A DNA stretch of 64,000 nt. Source: Octopus sinensis (Eukaryota). This document shows positions 37,950 through 50,628 of the stretch, piece by piece. The stretch spans positions 26,660,001-26,724,000 of the forward strand of contig NC_043005.1 in the NCBI RefSeq assembly GCF_006345805.1, in the 5' to 3' direction. The translations under genes were made by a program, and so were the position numbers. Within the stretch, counting starts at the first letter, position 1; each line of letters begins with the position of its first letter. The notes under the pieces were generated by a model. That model was not told the origin of the DNA. It ran no database searches and saw only the letters and a program-made list of their open reading frames with translations.

Positions 37950-38960
37950 GTTTCTAAATTTGGTACAAGGCCAGCAATCTCGGGGGAGGGGTTAAGTCGA
38001 TTACATCCACCCCAGTAATCAAGTGGTACTTATTTTTAAGGCGGCGAGCTGGCAGAAACGTTAGCACGCCGGGCGAAATACGTAGCCGTATTTCGTCTGC
38101 CGTTACGTTCTGAGTTCAAATTCCGCCGAGGTCAACTTTGCCTTTCATCCTTTCGGGGTCGATTAAATAAGTACCAGTTACGCACTGGGGTCGATATAAT
38201 CGACTTAATCCGGTTGTCTGTCCTTGTTTGTCCTCTCTATGTTTAGCCCCTTGTGGCTAGTAAAGAAATAGGTACTTATTTTATCGACCCCGAAGACATG
38301 AAATGTGAAGTCGACCTCGCAGCATTTGAAACCAGGACGTAAAGTTATATGAAACGCCATTAAACATTTCTCTCGGGGTGCTAACGATTCTTTTCTACTC
38401 TAGGCACAAGGCCAGAAATTTGGGGGGAGGGGACCAGGAAAAGTCGACCTCGATAGAATTTGAACTCAGGACGTAAAGACAGACGAAATGCCGCTAAGCA
38501 TTTTGCCCGGCGTGCTAACGTTTCTATCAGCTCACCGCTTTACATATGAAAAATAGTATTTTCTACTCCAGGCATAACGCCCGAGATTATATTTTGGTGG
38601 AGGGGGGGGGGGCAGTCGATTAGATCGACCCTAGTACACAACAGGTACTTAATTTATCGACCCCGAAACGATGAAAACCAAAGTCGGCCTCGGTGGAATT
38701 TGAACTCAGAACGTTATGACAGACGAAATACCTATTTATTTACTACTCACAAGAGAGGACAAACAAGGACAGACAAACGGATTAAGTCGATTATATCGAC
38801 TCCAGTGCGTAACTGGTACTAATTTAATCGACCCCGAAAGTATGAAAGGCTAAGTCGACCTTGGCGGAATTTGAACTCAGAACGCAGCAGCGGACGAAAT
38901 ACCGCTAAGCATTTCGCCCAGCGTTCTAACGTTTCTGCCAGCTCGTCGCCTAAAAGCAGT
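37950..38960. mobile_element. Cluster of about five SINE A copies, two of them nested insertions
   Basis: Plus-strand long-tail copy 38038-38270 with TSD ggtacttatttt (38025-38036, 38271-38282) in a minus-strand host; further minus copies 38385-38540 and 38560-38950. Confidence 0.85.
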
Positions 38961-39504
38961 AACAAATATTCTTTTCTACTCTAGGCATATGAAAATGAAA
39001 TTAAACTTGTAGCTTAAGGATAAAGAGGACACATTCTGATTGAATCTTTTATGTGTTAACATGCATCTCTTTGCGACAATGTAAAATTTCATTTAATCAC
39101 GATAGACTTCGTGTGACGAGTAGCCTGCGGATTACACCTCGCTTGGATATTTACCACTTCTGAGGTCCCGCTCGCTATGAAACATATGTAACCCGGGTCT
39201 TATCTACTCACTCCAGTCTGTAACTTTTGTATTCTTATTCGCACACCTGGCAGCCCGGGTCGCCTACCGTGAAGTATAAAAAGAACCTTTTTCAGTTTAT
39301 CTATTTCGATACGAAAAAAAGAAACCCCGCAACCGTCAGCTAACTTTCTTCCTACATCTCGATCCTTGGATCGTATATATATATATATATATATATAGGT
39401 AACCCCCCCCCCAAAAAAAAAACAAAGAAAAAACATAGGAGAAAAACAACAATGCGAGGACGTGGTACATGCAAAGAATTAGCATGTAGTCGGACGGGTA
39501 AATA

Positions 39505-39900
39505 CAGGGTGTCCGGCAATTAATGATGATTTGAGTGAAATTGGATGCATTTTTTTAAAAACTCACTTTTTATTTATGTTTATCATGTTTAATATGTATT
39601 AAAAGTGTATGGATTTTGAATTTCGTTTATAATTTTATTTTCTTTCCTGTTGTACCCCTCTTATTTGTCCATAACAGCCTTTTTTTCAGTTTGGCAGTAT
39701 TCATTTTCTTTACCTCCATCCCTAAGATAGAGCAATCGTTTAGCTGAGCTTAAAGAACAGATTCAGTTACCAGTGCAGGAGCTATAACTCCTGTAATGCT
39801 TCAAAATGTGTTTCACAACGGTAAGGAGAAATTTGAAGTATGCAGGGATACATACGTTGAAAATTTTCAATAAAAGTTTGGCGTAAGATTTATAAATCTA
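39505..39900 (+). mobile_element. Probable decayed Tc1/mariner-superfamily remnant
   Basis: TA|cagggtgtcc terminus like 36595; LAELKEQIQ...ITPVMLQNVF resembles a transposase C-terminus; no right TIR found. Confidence 0.4.
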
Positions 39901-40258
39901 TTTGTTTTGGTAATAAACATAAAATTCTGTCAGTTTTGTTTTTTTTTAAATTTGCGTAGCGTTGTTAGTTGTTGTTTTGCTCGAGTAAATATTAAAATCA
40001 AAGGCCTTATCGCCATAAACATTCCATGTTTTTGTTAAGCATTTTGTATCAAGAAATATATTATCCAAATTGTATCTCTCCTTTATAGGCTGTGTGGTTG
40101 AGTTTGCTTTCTAACCATGTTGCCTTGGGTTCAGTCTCACTGTGAGGCACGTTGGGCAATTCTCTTTTATTATAGCTCCCTGCCGACCAAAGCCTTATGT
40201 ATTATATAATTGCCATTACTGCATTGATATATAAAATAACACATACACGAGGAGTAAA

Positions 40259-40342
40259 TCTCTCTATATAATAACACTTTGAATGTTGCTCCCGAGAAGG
40301 AGTAAAAGTAATTACCCGAGCAACGACGGGTATTACTGCTAG
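40259..40342 (+). mobile_element. Minimal (84-bp) Helitron derivative
   Basis: A|TCTCTCTATATAATAA ... cccgagcaacgacgggtattactgCTAG|T; same 3' end as the two longer Helitrons. Confidence 0.65.
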
Positions 40343-40401
40343 TATCTATCTATCGATCTATCTATCTTTATATATATATATCTATATATATATATATATA
40401 T

Positions 40402-40453
<52 letters not shown>

Positions 40454-40466
40454 ATAACGATAAACG

Positions 40467-40750
40467 TCGCCCTTTTCAAGCCTAGCCAGGCTTTCTGTGG
40501 CGTATGTGTTTCCCCCAGCTGGACGGGACACCAGTCCATCGCAGCATTACTCAAGAAAAAGAAAGAGAGAGTGGGAGAAAGTTGTGGTGAAAGAGTACAA
40601 CAGGGGTCGCCACCGCCCCCTGCCGGAGCCTCGTGGAACTTTTAGGTGTTTTCGCTCAATAAACACACACAACGCCCGGTCTTGGAATCGAAACCGCAAT
40701 CCTCCGAACGCGAGTCCGCTGCCCCAACCACTCGGCCATTGCGCCTCCAC
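40467..40750 (-). mobile_element. tRNA-derived SINE family C, near full length
   Basis: Minus strand tggccgagtgg (A box), ggtttcgattcc (B box), 3' block gctgcgatggactggtgtcccgtccagc. Confidence 0.85.
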
Positions 40751-40879
40751 ACACACACAAACATGCACACACATACTCACAAACACACACACACATATAT
40801 GCATGTATGTATGTGTGTATGTATGTATGTATGTATGTATGTATGTATGTATGTATGTATGTATGTATGTATATTTATA

Positions 40880-41755
40880 CACGAGGTACATTCATAAAGT
40901 ATTCGACTTTATTTTTCTCCCACCAAAACTAATGTCGCCTGGGCAAAATTCTGCGGGTAGGTGAGACCACTCTTCCTGCGTATGTAAGGAAATTTTCGCA
41001 CCGTTAGTCCGCGTCAGTTCTCGACTGTTATGCGCAAAGGACAAACGTGTAGTGCGCGAACAACGGGTTTCAGTTTTCACGCAAGATGACCGAACGCACC
41101 GAACAGAGACCATAAATCCACGTCTCATGACCAGTGATGTCGATCTTCGTGAAGTCCTGAGCAATTCCCACCAGGAGCTGCTTCTGCTGTTCCTGGTGAC
41201 GAATTTCGCCAGCACTCTCCGCATGCACAAATCCTTCATTAAAACCGAATGAACTGAACCTGTGCTTATTCCCACTTCGTGAGCAGTCAGTTTCTTGGAT
41301 TGCTACATGATAGTCTTCCATAGCTATTCGCCCAATTTTCTCAATCGGCTCCTCGTTACGGCGTGTGGATGGCCTGCCTGAGCGTGCCTAGCTCTCTGAT
41401 GAGGTGTGACTGTTTCTGAAGAGATTATACCACTCCTTGATGTGAGATTTGCTCATGGCATCATCACCAAACCCCTGTTGAATGTTCTGGATGGTTTCTG
41501 CTCGAGTATCACCAAACTTTCCACAAAACTTGATGTAATATCTCTGCTCGATGAAAACAAAAGCCCGAGGAGCGCTCACTACAAGTTTGCACTCTAGGCG
41601 CAACAGCTGAGAATTGACGCGGCGAACCGGTGCGAAAATTTTCACACATGCACAGGGTGGGTAGAGTCACTTCGCACCCTAAAGATTTTGCCCAACAAGA
41701 CATTAGTTGTTGTAGGAAAAGAATAAAGTCGGATGCTTTTTGAATGAGGCTCATG
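40880..41755 (-). mobile_element. Internally deleted, decayed mariner transposon
   Basis: 34-bp imperfect TIRs (27/34 by eye); EQRYYIKFCGKFGDTRAET...FGDDAMSKSHIKEWYNLF (HTH), GISTGSVHSVL...RRVLAKFV, ITGHETWIYG (first catalytic D replaced). Confidence 0.9.
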
Positions 41756-41962
41756 CATATAGATAGATAGATAGAAAGGGAGAGGGGTTGAGAGAGAAAG
41801 AGAGATAAATAGATAGTCAGATAAACAAACTGACATGTGTGTGCGCGCGCGCGCGCGTGTGTGTGTATTCATATGCATATATATAGATAGATAGTCAGAC
41901 AGACAAGCAGACAGACAGTTAGATAGATAGATAGACAGATAGAGAGAGACAGATAGATAGAT

Positions 41963-41998
<36 letters not shown>

Positions 41999-42119
41999 AG
42001 ACATACGGAAAGACGATATATAGATATATATATACACACACACATATACGCATACACACTTATATTTATATATATTCTGTATGCCTGTCTCTGCTTCTTT
42101 CTGTCTGTCTGTCTTTCTT

Positions 42120-42170
<51 letters not shown>

Positions 42171-42172
42171 AT

Positions 42173-42254
<82 letters not shown>

Positions 42255-42624
42255 TTGTGAGAAACAATTACCATACCAAAGAGCCGCATAGCGACTTAAA
42301 AATACTGCTGACACAGCAATTCCGTTGAACTAAAATATTTGCTACAACGAAGTCAGTTATTTATAAATGCTTCAATATTGATTTTGTTTTCCTGTAAACG
42401 GATAGTTTTTCCTAAGGTTTCCTTCAATAAACAGCAAAACCAAAAAAAAAGAAGACAAACATGTTTTCCACCACTCTCTCTGGCTCATAAGCTTCCTACG
42501 TAGCTGAATTGAGGACGAGGAAGGAATATTACTGCTCTCTTCTCAATCCTTGGTATATATTAACCATTCTTATTTTACGGTTATTAACCACAACTTCACT
42601 GCGTCTATTATTATTATTATTATT

Positions 42625-42846
42625 GAGTGAGAGAGCAGTGCATGCCATCAAAATGACACTGGGGTAAAATATACGAAGCCCAGTATATCCATCATGACTA
42701 CCCGTCTGATAAGGGTACACCAGGCACATGCATCACATTCATATGTGCGCGACATGGTGATCTTATATCAAGATAAACAGCGCATGACTTTGCAGGTGGG
42801 ACCCAGTTAGAATTTTCTTCTGGTCGAGTAAATCTGTGGTATTGAG

Positions 42847-42883
<37 letters not shown>

Positions 42884-43143
42884 TATTATTATTATTATTA
42901 TATTATTGAGTGAGAGAGCAGTTCATGCCATCAAAGTGACACTGGGGTAAAATATACGAAGCCCAGTATACCCATCATGACTACCCGTCTGATAAGGGTA
43001 CACCAGGCACATGCATCACATTCATATGTGCGCGACATGGTGATCTTATATCAAGATAAACAGCGCATGACCCTGCAGGTGGACCCAGTTAGAATTTTCT
43101 TCTGGTCGAGTAAATCTGTGGTATTGAGATTATTATTATATTA

Positions 43144-43178
<35 letters not shown>

Positions 43179-43459
43179 TATATTATTATTATATTATTAT
43201 TATTATTATTATTATTATTATGAGTGAGAGAGCAGTTCATGCCATCAAAGTGACACTGGGGTAAAATATACGAAGCCCAGTATACCCATCATGACTACCC
43301 GTCTGATAAGGGTACACCAGGCACATGAATCACAACCATATGTGCGCGACATGGTGATCTTATATCAAGATAAACAGCGCATGACCTTGCAGGTGGGACC
43401 CAGTTAGAAATTTCTTCTGGTCGAGTAAATCTGTGGTATTGAGATTATTATTATTATTA

Positions 43460-43513
<54 letters not shown>

Positions 43514-43950
43514 GAGTGAGAGAGCAGTGCATGCCATCAAAGTGGCACTGGGGTAAAATATACGAAGCCCAGTATACCCATCATGACTACCCGTCTGATA
43601 AGGGTACACCAGGCACATGCATCACAACCATATGTGCGCGACATGGTGATCTTATATCAAGATAAACAGCGCATGACCTTGCAGGTGGAGCCCAGTTAGA
43701 AATTTCTTCTGGTCGAGTAACCCATCCCGCTCAAAAGGTCTCTGAATAAGGATTGTTTAAGGATGTTGAACAAACCACCAATGTTTCCAAAGGTGAATTA
43801 TCCAAACCTCAAAGAATTCCTTTAAACACACGGACGGTTATGATGCTCCCCCACTACTTCTGCTCATGATCAGAAATGCACGTATCGTCAGCCACTAAGG
43901 GGCGTGGTCAACAGGTTAAGGTAAAAAAGACTGACAAGCAAATCTGTGGT
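42625..43950 (-). repeat. Four tandem copies of a non-coding (AAT)n-tailed retroelement; three share one internal deletion
   Basis: Units start at 42625, 42908, 43222, 43514, separated by (ATT)n; short copies join gtcgagta to aatctgtgg while the fourth retains ~210 extra bp. Confidence 0.9.
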
Positions 43951-43987
43951 ATTGAGATTATTAATATTATTATTATTATTATTATTA

Positions 43988-44028
<41 letters not shown>

Positions 44029-44175
44029 TATGTTTGACTTTTGCATTATGTCTGTACAAGTTGGCTCCAAGTCTCACCCAGAGACCTCAAGAGACAACAG
44101 GTTGGAAGTTCTGTGCCTATATTTGTGTTTTTTTTTTTTTGGTGTTGTACTAGTTAATGTCTAATACATAAAAAT

Positions 44176-44217
<42 letters not shown>

Positions 44218-44258
44218 GTTTGTTAAAAAATATTATTATATTATTAGTATTATTATTA

Positions 44259-44307
<49 letters not shown>

Positions 44308-44334
44308 GTATTGTTGTTGTTGTTGTTGTTGTTG

Positions 44335-44382
<48 letters not shown>

Positions 44383-46356
44383 ATACTTTAAGTGGGGCGC
44401 ATACTCAGTTTCATTGTTTTCTCTGTCATAACAAGTGGGATACATCACAATGATAGGCAGACGAAAGGAATCAATGTATAAGCTAAACCCAGCAGAAGCA
44501 GTAACGACATTTCCTGAAAAAAACATAAACCTCAGAATCTTAGAAAAAAAACACGAATAGGACTTAAAATAATATGGTCGTAGGTGTGTACTAGCGCGAC
44601 ATCTTTAGACTGGCTGGCGTATCGAAATTTAAGTTACTTTAAGGATTCTGTTATTGGAGTAACACTGAATATATGTGTGTGTATGTAGATATATGTATGT
44701 ATGTGTGTTTGAGTGGGTGTATACACATATACATTTACCCAAATTTATATGTATGTATATATATATATATATACACACGCACACACACTCACAAATATAT
44801 ATGTATGTAGATATGCGTGGGTGGGTGTGGATGTGTGCGCGTGTATATTTTTGGTTTTAGATAAACGTTTATTGATAATTGTAGGGAAATATTTTAAAGG
44901 TCTTCTGCTTGTCGCCCAAAACCTCGCGAGGTGTTACTGCCAACATTCATGCGATGGGTTGGTTATTACTGTCCAATGCGATGGCAGGGAAAGAAAAGAA
45001 GGTAAGGTCAGAGGTCTGTTATAAACTGGACTGAACAACAACCATATCAACTATAGCCACCAGTAACTTAGCCAGCAAGGTAACCTCAACATGGCCACTT
45101 TATCTCTTCGAAAGGACAACGAAATCTCTCTCAAATTGCATCGAATTATCTTTAGAATTAATCTAAGAGTACAAGCTTTTGATTATAGAAATTAGCAAGC
45201 AAATTATTTGCTGACGTCTGCCAAATAGATAATAGTTCGTGGGGTGTGCAAAGAACAGCAAGAATCGAAACAATATCCTATCTATTCATTTTTAATACGT
45301 TTATGTAAGTCCAAACGAGAATATCTCATAGCTGATATTTTTCGTCACAGAGTAAATAGCGTCTATTCAGACTAGAAGGTGGGTTTAACCATATAATGTT
45401 ACGTTTTCCTAATTAAATTTTGCAAACCTCAGTGATATTTTTACGTAGTTTTTTGTGTCAGTGAAACCTCTATTGCATAATGAATATAATTTAAAAAGGT
45501 CTACTTTTTTGCTTCCGTTGTCAGCTCTGAAAACTTGTTAGCCAGTCTCATAAGCTATCTCTTGCCGATATAGGAGAGATATTACTTCACATATTAGACA
45601 AAGCTACTGATATAGTAACAGTGAGTATAGAGGAACAAGTCTCTTTGTTTCCTGAAATGCGGAGATATGTAACCGGCATCTTTATTCTCTGTTGAATTAA
45701 GAGCTCAGAATGGGTGGAACATTCCTTCGTCACATAGTGCTGTCATGTAAATCTGCCTTTGCTGAGTCAAATATACTTAGTACCTCTTTGTTGTTAACTA
45801 CACTAGCAAAAGAATTACTGTCAGTTACTTCTGTCTCACCTTCGCTCAAAAAATCTGCTTGTTTCTTTTGTTTAATAAAATGAGTGTTTGTATTTGCATG
45901 TGTGTGTGTGTGTGTGTGTGTGTATGAGTGTGTGCGTGAGTGCGTGTGTGAGTGTAAGTGTGTGTATGTTTTTGTTAACAACATAGTTCAATTTGTTTAA
46001 ATTAATGGTTTTAATTGTTGAAATGTCATTTTTGCTGTACAAAGTTTTGATGTTGCTGTGAAATTTAATTTCTCTTTTTATATTTATGCTTCTCCTTGTT
46101 ATGTTCATCTTCACTTTTTTTTTGAGAAGGCGTTTCTCTGACAAGATGTCATCTTTAATTTTATGTTAACAGAAACTGCAAAATATAATTATGTCCCAAA
46201 ATAACAGACGTCATACCATAGATATCCAACGAATTCTTGGAGATTCGCGATTGTTAAAATGATCTTCGGTAGAAATACTTTTTCCTCATTTGCATTTGTT
46301 AAAATGTTAATAATGTTTGAAGAGATGTGATGATATATTTACTGACATCAACATTA

Positions 46357-46439
<83 letters not shown>

Positions 46440-46450
46440 TAAAAAATAAA

Positions 46451-46693
46451 TGCCTTGATGCAACGGACCTTTTGAGCGGGATGGGCTATTCGACCAGAAG
46501 AAAATTCTAGCTAGGCCCCATATGGAAGGTCATGTACTATTTTTCTTGATATAAGATCACTATGTCGCGCATATATGGTTGTGATGCATGTGCCTGGTGC
46601 ACCCTTATCAGATGGCTGGTCATGATGGGTATAAAGGGCTTCGTATATTTTACCCCAGTGCCACTTTGATGGTATACACTGCTCTCTCACTCA
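46451..46693 (+). mobile_element. Diverged, truncated copy of the same (AAT)n-tailed element
   Basis: Reverse complement of the 43514 unit, ending ctctctcactc-aataataa; (AAT)n both sides. Confidence 0.85.
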
Positions 46694-46709
46694 ATAATAA
46701 TAATAATGA

Positions 46710-46915
46710 TTTCAGATTTTGGCACAAGGTCAGCAAGTTCTACATGGGATTAAGTCGATTACATCGACCCCAGTATTCAACTGGTGCTTATTTTATCGAT
46801 CCCGAAAGGACGAAAAGCAAAGTCGATCTCGGCGAAATTTGAACTCAGAATGTAAAGCGGACGAAATGCTGCTAGGCATTTACTCCAGCGTGCTAACGAT
46901 TCTTCCAGTTCACCA
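46710..46915 (-). mobile_element. SINE family A, diverged
   Basis: ttttggcacaagg...aagtcgattacatcgacccc...gaaatttgaactcagaa. Confidence 0.8.
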
Positions 46916-46961
46916 CCATATAATGATGATGATGATGATGATGATAATGATGATGATGATG

Positions 46962-47007
<46 letters not shown>

Positions 47008-47310
47008 GGTTGAAAAAATCACCAAGTACGCCGAATTGAAAGTGGAATTAGCAAAGCTGTATGGGGTGCGAGAGGGTAATGTAAAAGTGATGCCAGGGGT
47101 GATCGGAGCGTTGGACTCAATCCCAATGAAACCTCAAGACTTCGTAAATGCAACTGGAAATCCCGTGCAAAACTGATATCTTGCAAAAAGCAGCCTTATT
47201 AGGCCCAACGCATATCTTAAGGAAAGTATTATCTGTCTGAGGTCCTTGTTGTGACTTGACAAATGACTTAAGATTCCGGTGCGTTTTTACCTACACTGTG
47301 TTACGAAGGA
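47008..47310 (+). mobile_element. R4/Dong-like LINE extreme 3' fragment in an (AAT)n tract
   Basis: VEKITKYAELKVELAKLYG...VIGAL...LQKAALLGPTHILRKVLSV*; (AAT)n on both sides. Confidence 0.8.
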
Positions 47311-47351
47311 ATAATAATAATAATAATAATAATGATAATAATGATAATAAC

Positions 47352-47475
<124 letters not shown>

Positions 47476-47477
47476 CT

Positions 47478-47765
47478 TTCTAATTTGGGCGCAAGTGGGG
47501 CAGTTTTGAGGGAACGGGGCGAGTCGATTACAACGGCCCTAGTGACTGAGAGGAACTTATTTTACCTTTACTGAAAGGATGAAAGGCAAAGTTGATAAAG
47601 ATCCGAAGGAAATGCCACTAAGTATTTTGTTCGACGCGCTAACGATTCCACCAGCTCGCCACCGAACAATTTTGGCGCAAGGCCAGCAATTTTAGCGGGA
47701 AGGGATTAAACGATTACGTCGATTCCAGTACTTGAAGGATATTTTATTGACTCCGAAAAGATAAA
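47478..47765 (-). mobile_element. Two adjacent degenerate SINE A copies
   Basis: gaaaggatgaaaggcaaagt...cagctcgccacc, then ttttggcgcaaggccagcaa... Confidence 0.6.
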
Positions 47766-47877
47766 AGGGGCTTCAGAGACACTTTACAATTTATGTGTGG
47801 GCTTGGAAGGTTTTACATAAAATGTTGATGGAAAAAAGGCAAAGAAGAAGGAAATAAGATAAAAATATATACATATA

Positions 47878-48290
47878 CAGGTGTGGCTGTGTGGTAAGTA
47901 GCTTGATTACCAACAACATGGTTCCAGGTTCATTCCCACTGCGTGGCACCTTCGGCAAGTATCTTCTGCTACAGCCTCGGGCAGACCAAAGCCTTGTGAG
48001 TGGATTTGGTAGACGGAAACTGAAAGAAGCACGTCGTATATATTTGTATTTATATATATGTGTATGCAATGTTTGTGTGTCTTTGTCCCCCAACATCACT
48101 TGACAACCGATGGTGATGTGTTTACGTCCCCGTCACTTAGCGGTTCGGCAAAGAGACCGATAGAATAAGTACTAGGCTTTCAAAGAATAAGTTCTGGGGT
48201 CGATTTGCTCGACTAAAGGTGGTGCTCCATCATGGCCGCTATCAAATGACTGAAACAAGTAAAAGAGTAAAAGAATAAGAGTAAAGAGTA
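47878..48290 (+). mobile_element. SINE family B
   Basis: Head, core and tail match. Confidence 0.9.
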
Positions 48291-48563
48291 TAGTATACAA
48301 AATATGTGGACTCGTGGAGAATCCTGCTGATATAAGGGAGTCCCCAACTAAAGTCAGTCAAGAAAACCTACAGATATTGAATCACTTTAATTATTAAGGG
48401 CATAAGTTCTCGGCCGACATATTATTCTCAAATACTTGGAAGTTTATCTCGGATGAAAAATTGCCAATTTCACTGTTCTGCATTTTAATACTCGTACTTG
48501 ATATCGGCAAACTTTTTTGGGAATGGATGAAAAACGCTAAGATTTCTAGAAAGCCAAATATTT

Positions 48564-48697
48564 TACATTATTTCCATTTGACGGATATTTGTCCTCATCT
48601 TGCTTATTGCTAACAAAGCGTTTCGGCTGATATACCCTCCAGCTTTCATCGGGTGTCTTGGGAAAATTTTGAACCTGGTTTCCAATCCCGAAGGTAT
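48564..48697 (-). mobile_element. Single arm of the 18685-19072 element family with decayed hammerhead motif (48612-48657)
   Basis: tttgacggatatttgtcctcatc...gtttcggctgatataccctccagctttcatcgggtgtc; minus strand reads CCGAUGA-A-AGCUG...CAGCC-GAAAC-GCU. Confidence 0.75.
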
Positions 48698-48876
48698 TAA
48701 GTACATAATAAAATACATATCATGAAATTTATTTAAGATATCAACAAATTTATAGATATCGAAGTACATCATAAAATGCATTATTATCATTAGACTGATA
48801 TTTTAGACTGATTGTTTCCCTTCCAAATTGCTCCGGTTCAAAATTTATGGAGGAAAAAATGCGGGAAATTTTGTCT

Positions 48877-49292
48877 AGGCATGGGTGTGTGGTTAAGAAG
48901 ACCATTTTACAACCACGTGGTTTTCGGTTCGGTCCCATTGCACGGCACCTTGGAAAAATGTATTCTATCATAGCTCCGGACAACCAATGCCTTATAAGTG
49001 AATGTAATAAACAGAGACTGTGTGGAAGCCCGTTGTGTGCACTTGTAAATGTGTATGTGTGTGTGTGTAATTGTGTGTGTGCATGTGTGTGTATGTGTGT
49101 GTGTGTGTCCCCTCACCGCTTGACAACCAGTATTGAATTGTTTACCTAGCTGTTCGGCAAAAAACCCCCCAATACAATAAGAAACAGATCTCACATAAAA
49201 TATTGAGATTGATTTGTTCGGCAAAACTCCTTCAAAGTGGTGCACCAGCATGGCCGCAGAACATTAAATGAAACAAGCAAAAGATAAAAGAA
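48877..49292 (+). mobile_element. Old, diverged SINE family B
   Basis: Recognisable head, cgcttgacaacc, gttcggcaaa, ccagcatggccgca. Confidence 0.65.
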
Positions 49293-49317
49293 TAAAGAAA
49301 CAAAAAACTCGAAGAGA

Positions 49318-49472
49318 GGGCAGGCGTGGCTATGTGGTAAGAAGCATGCTTCCCAACCACACCGTTCCAAGTTCAGTCCTAGTGCGTGACACCTTGGGCG
49401 GGCCGACCAAAGTCTTGTGAGTGGATTTGGTAGACGGAAACTGAAAGAAGCCTGTCGTATATATATGTATAC

Positions 49473-49524
<52 letters not shown>

Positions 49525-49713
49525 GATCGAACCATCTCAAGTGCAATTGCCTGAAATAGTCGTGACTCCTGGGACTTGACTGAAGAAAGAAAACCACGAA
49601 TGTCCTGTCTTTTTTGCCTGTCCTTCTAATTGTTGTTTCTCTTGTCCACCTTTGTATCGTCTATCTGTCCGAATGTTTTAATGTCCTCTATTGCGTTTTT
49701 GTTCTATATATAT

Positions 49714-49756
<43 letters not shown>

Positions 49757-49974
49757 TGTGTGTGTGTGTGTGGCTGTGTTTGTCCCCCTAACCATCTCTT
49801 GACAACTGATGATGGTGTGTTTACATCACCGTAACATAGCAGTTCGGCCAAAGGGAACGATAGAACACGTACTAGGCTTATAAAGAATAAATTCTGGGAT
49901 CGATTTCTTCGTCTAAAAGGCGGTGCTCCAGCATGGCCGCAGTCAAATGACTGAAACAAATAAAAGAATAAAAG
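49318..49974 (+). mobile_element. SINE family B with ~190-bp foreign insert in its TA tract
   Basis: B head/core to 49460 and B 3' block from 49780; unrelated sequence ~49523-49710 between TA runs. Confidence 0.8.
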
Positions 49975-50559
49975 ATGGATCTGGCGATGGTTTGTGTTGT
50001 GTCGGCAAATAATAAAATAAAATAAAATAAAACACTGAGTGAAACTGGTAAACATTCTGTTCACAGGGCAGGACTTCCATCTTATTTTGCGAAAGTAATT
50101 AACGTTTATATAAAAGTCACAACAGCTAAAGTCTAATTTGCATTTAACATCAATAATCCACACTTGAGCCAATGACCAAGGTCGCCATTATATGATTGAT
50201 AACATCATTGAGACGCAGAAGACCGAGGTCTTGAATCAGGGACTAAATTCCGACTCCACCTACAAAGCATCAATCAGTCAATCTGACAGAAAATTGATCC
50301 AAGTCTGCTGCCCACCTTCCCTCTGCCCATTGCAGGATTTATTTGTTTTAAATAGAATACAATAGAAAAGGAGAGTGGGTGGGATTAAGGCTGCGCCCTG
50401 TAAATCACAGACGTTGATCATCAATTCCCTATTATTTCAGCATCTCATCACTAGGCGCATGTGCATTAGCAATGCTCTCAATGTGTGTCTGTGTGGGTGT
50501 CTGTCTGTATGTATGTGAGTGTGTGTGAGTAATATATATATATATGTATATGTATATGC

Positions 50560-50628
<69 letters not shown>

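Noticed and set aside
45730-46144. K/N-rich minus-strand ORFs split by (CA)n
   Set aside because: AT-rich compositional ORFs with no recognisable motif.
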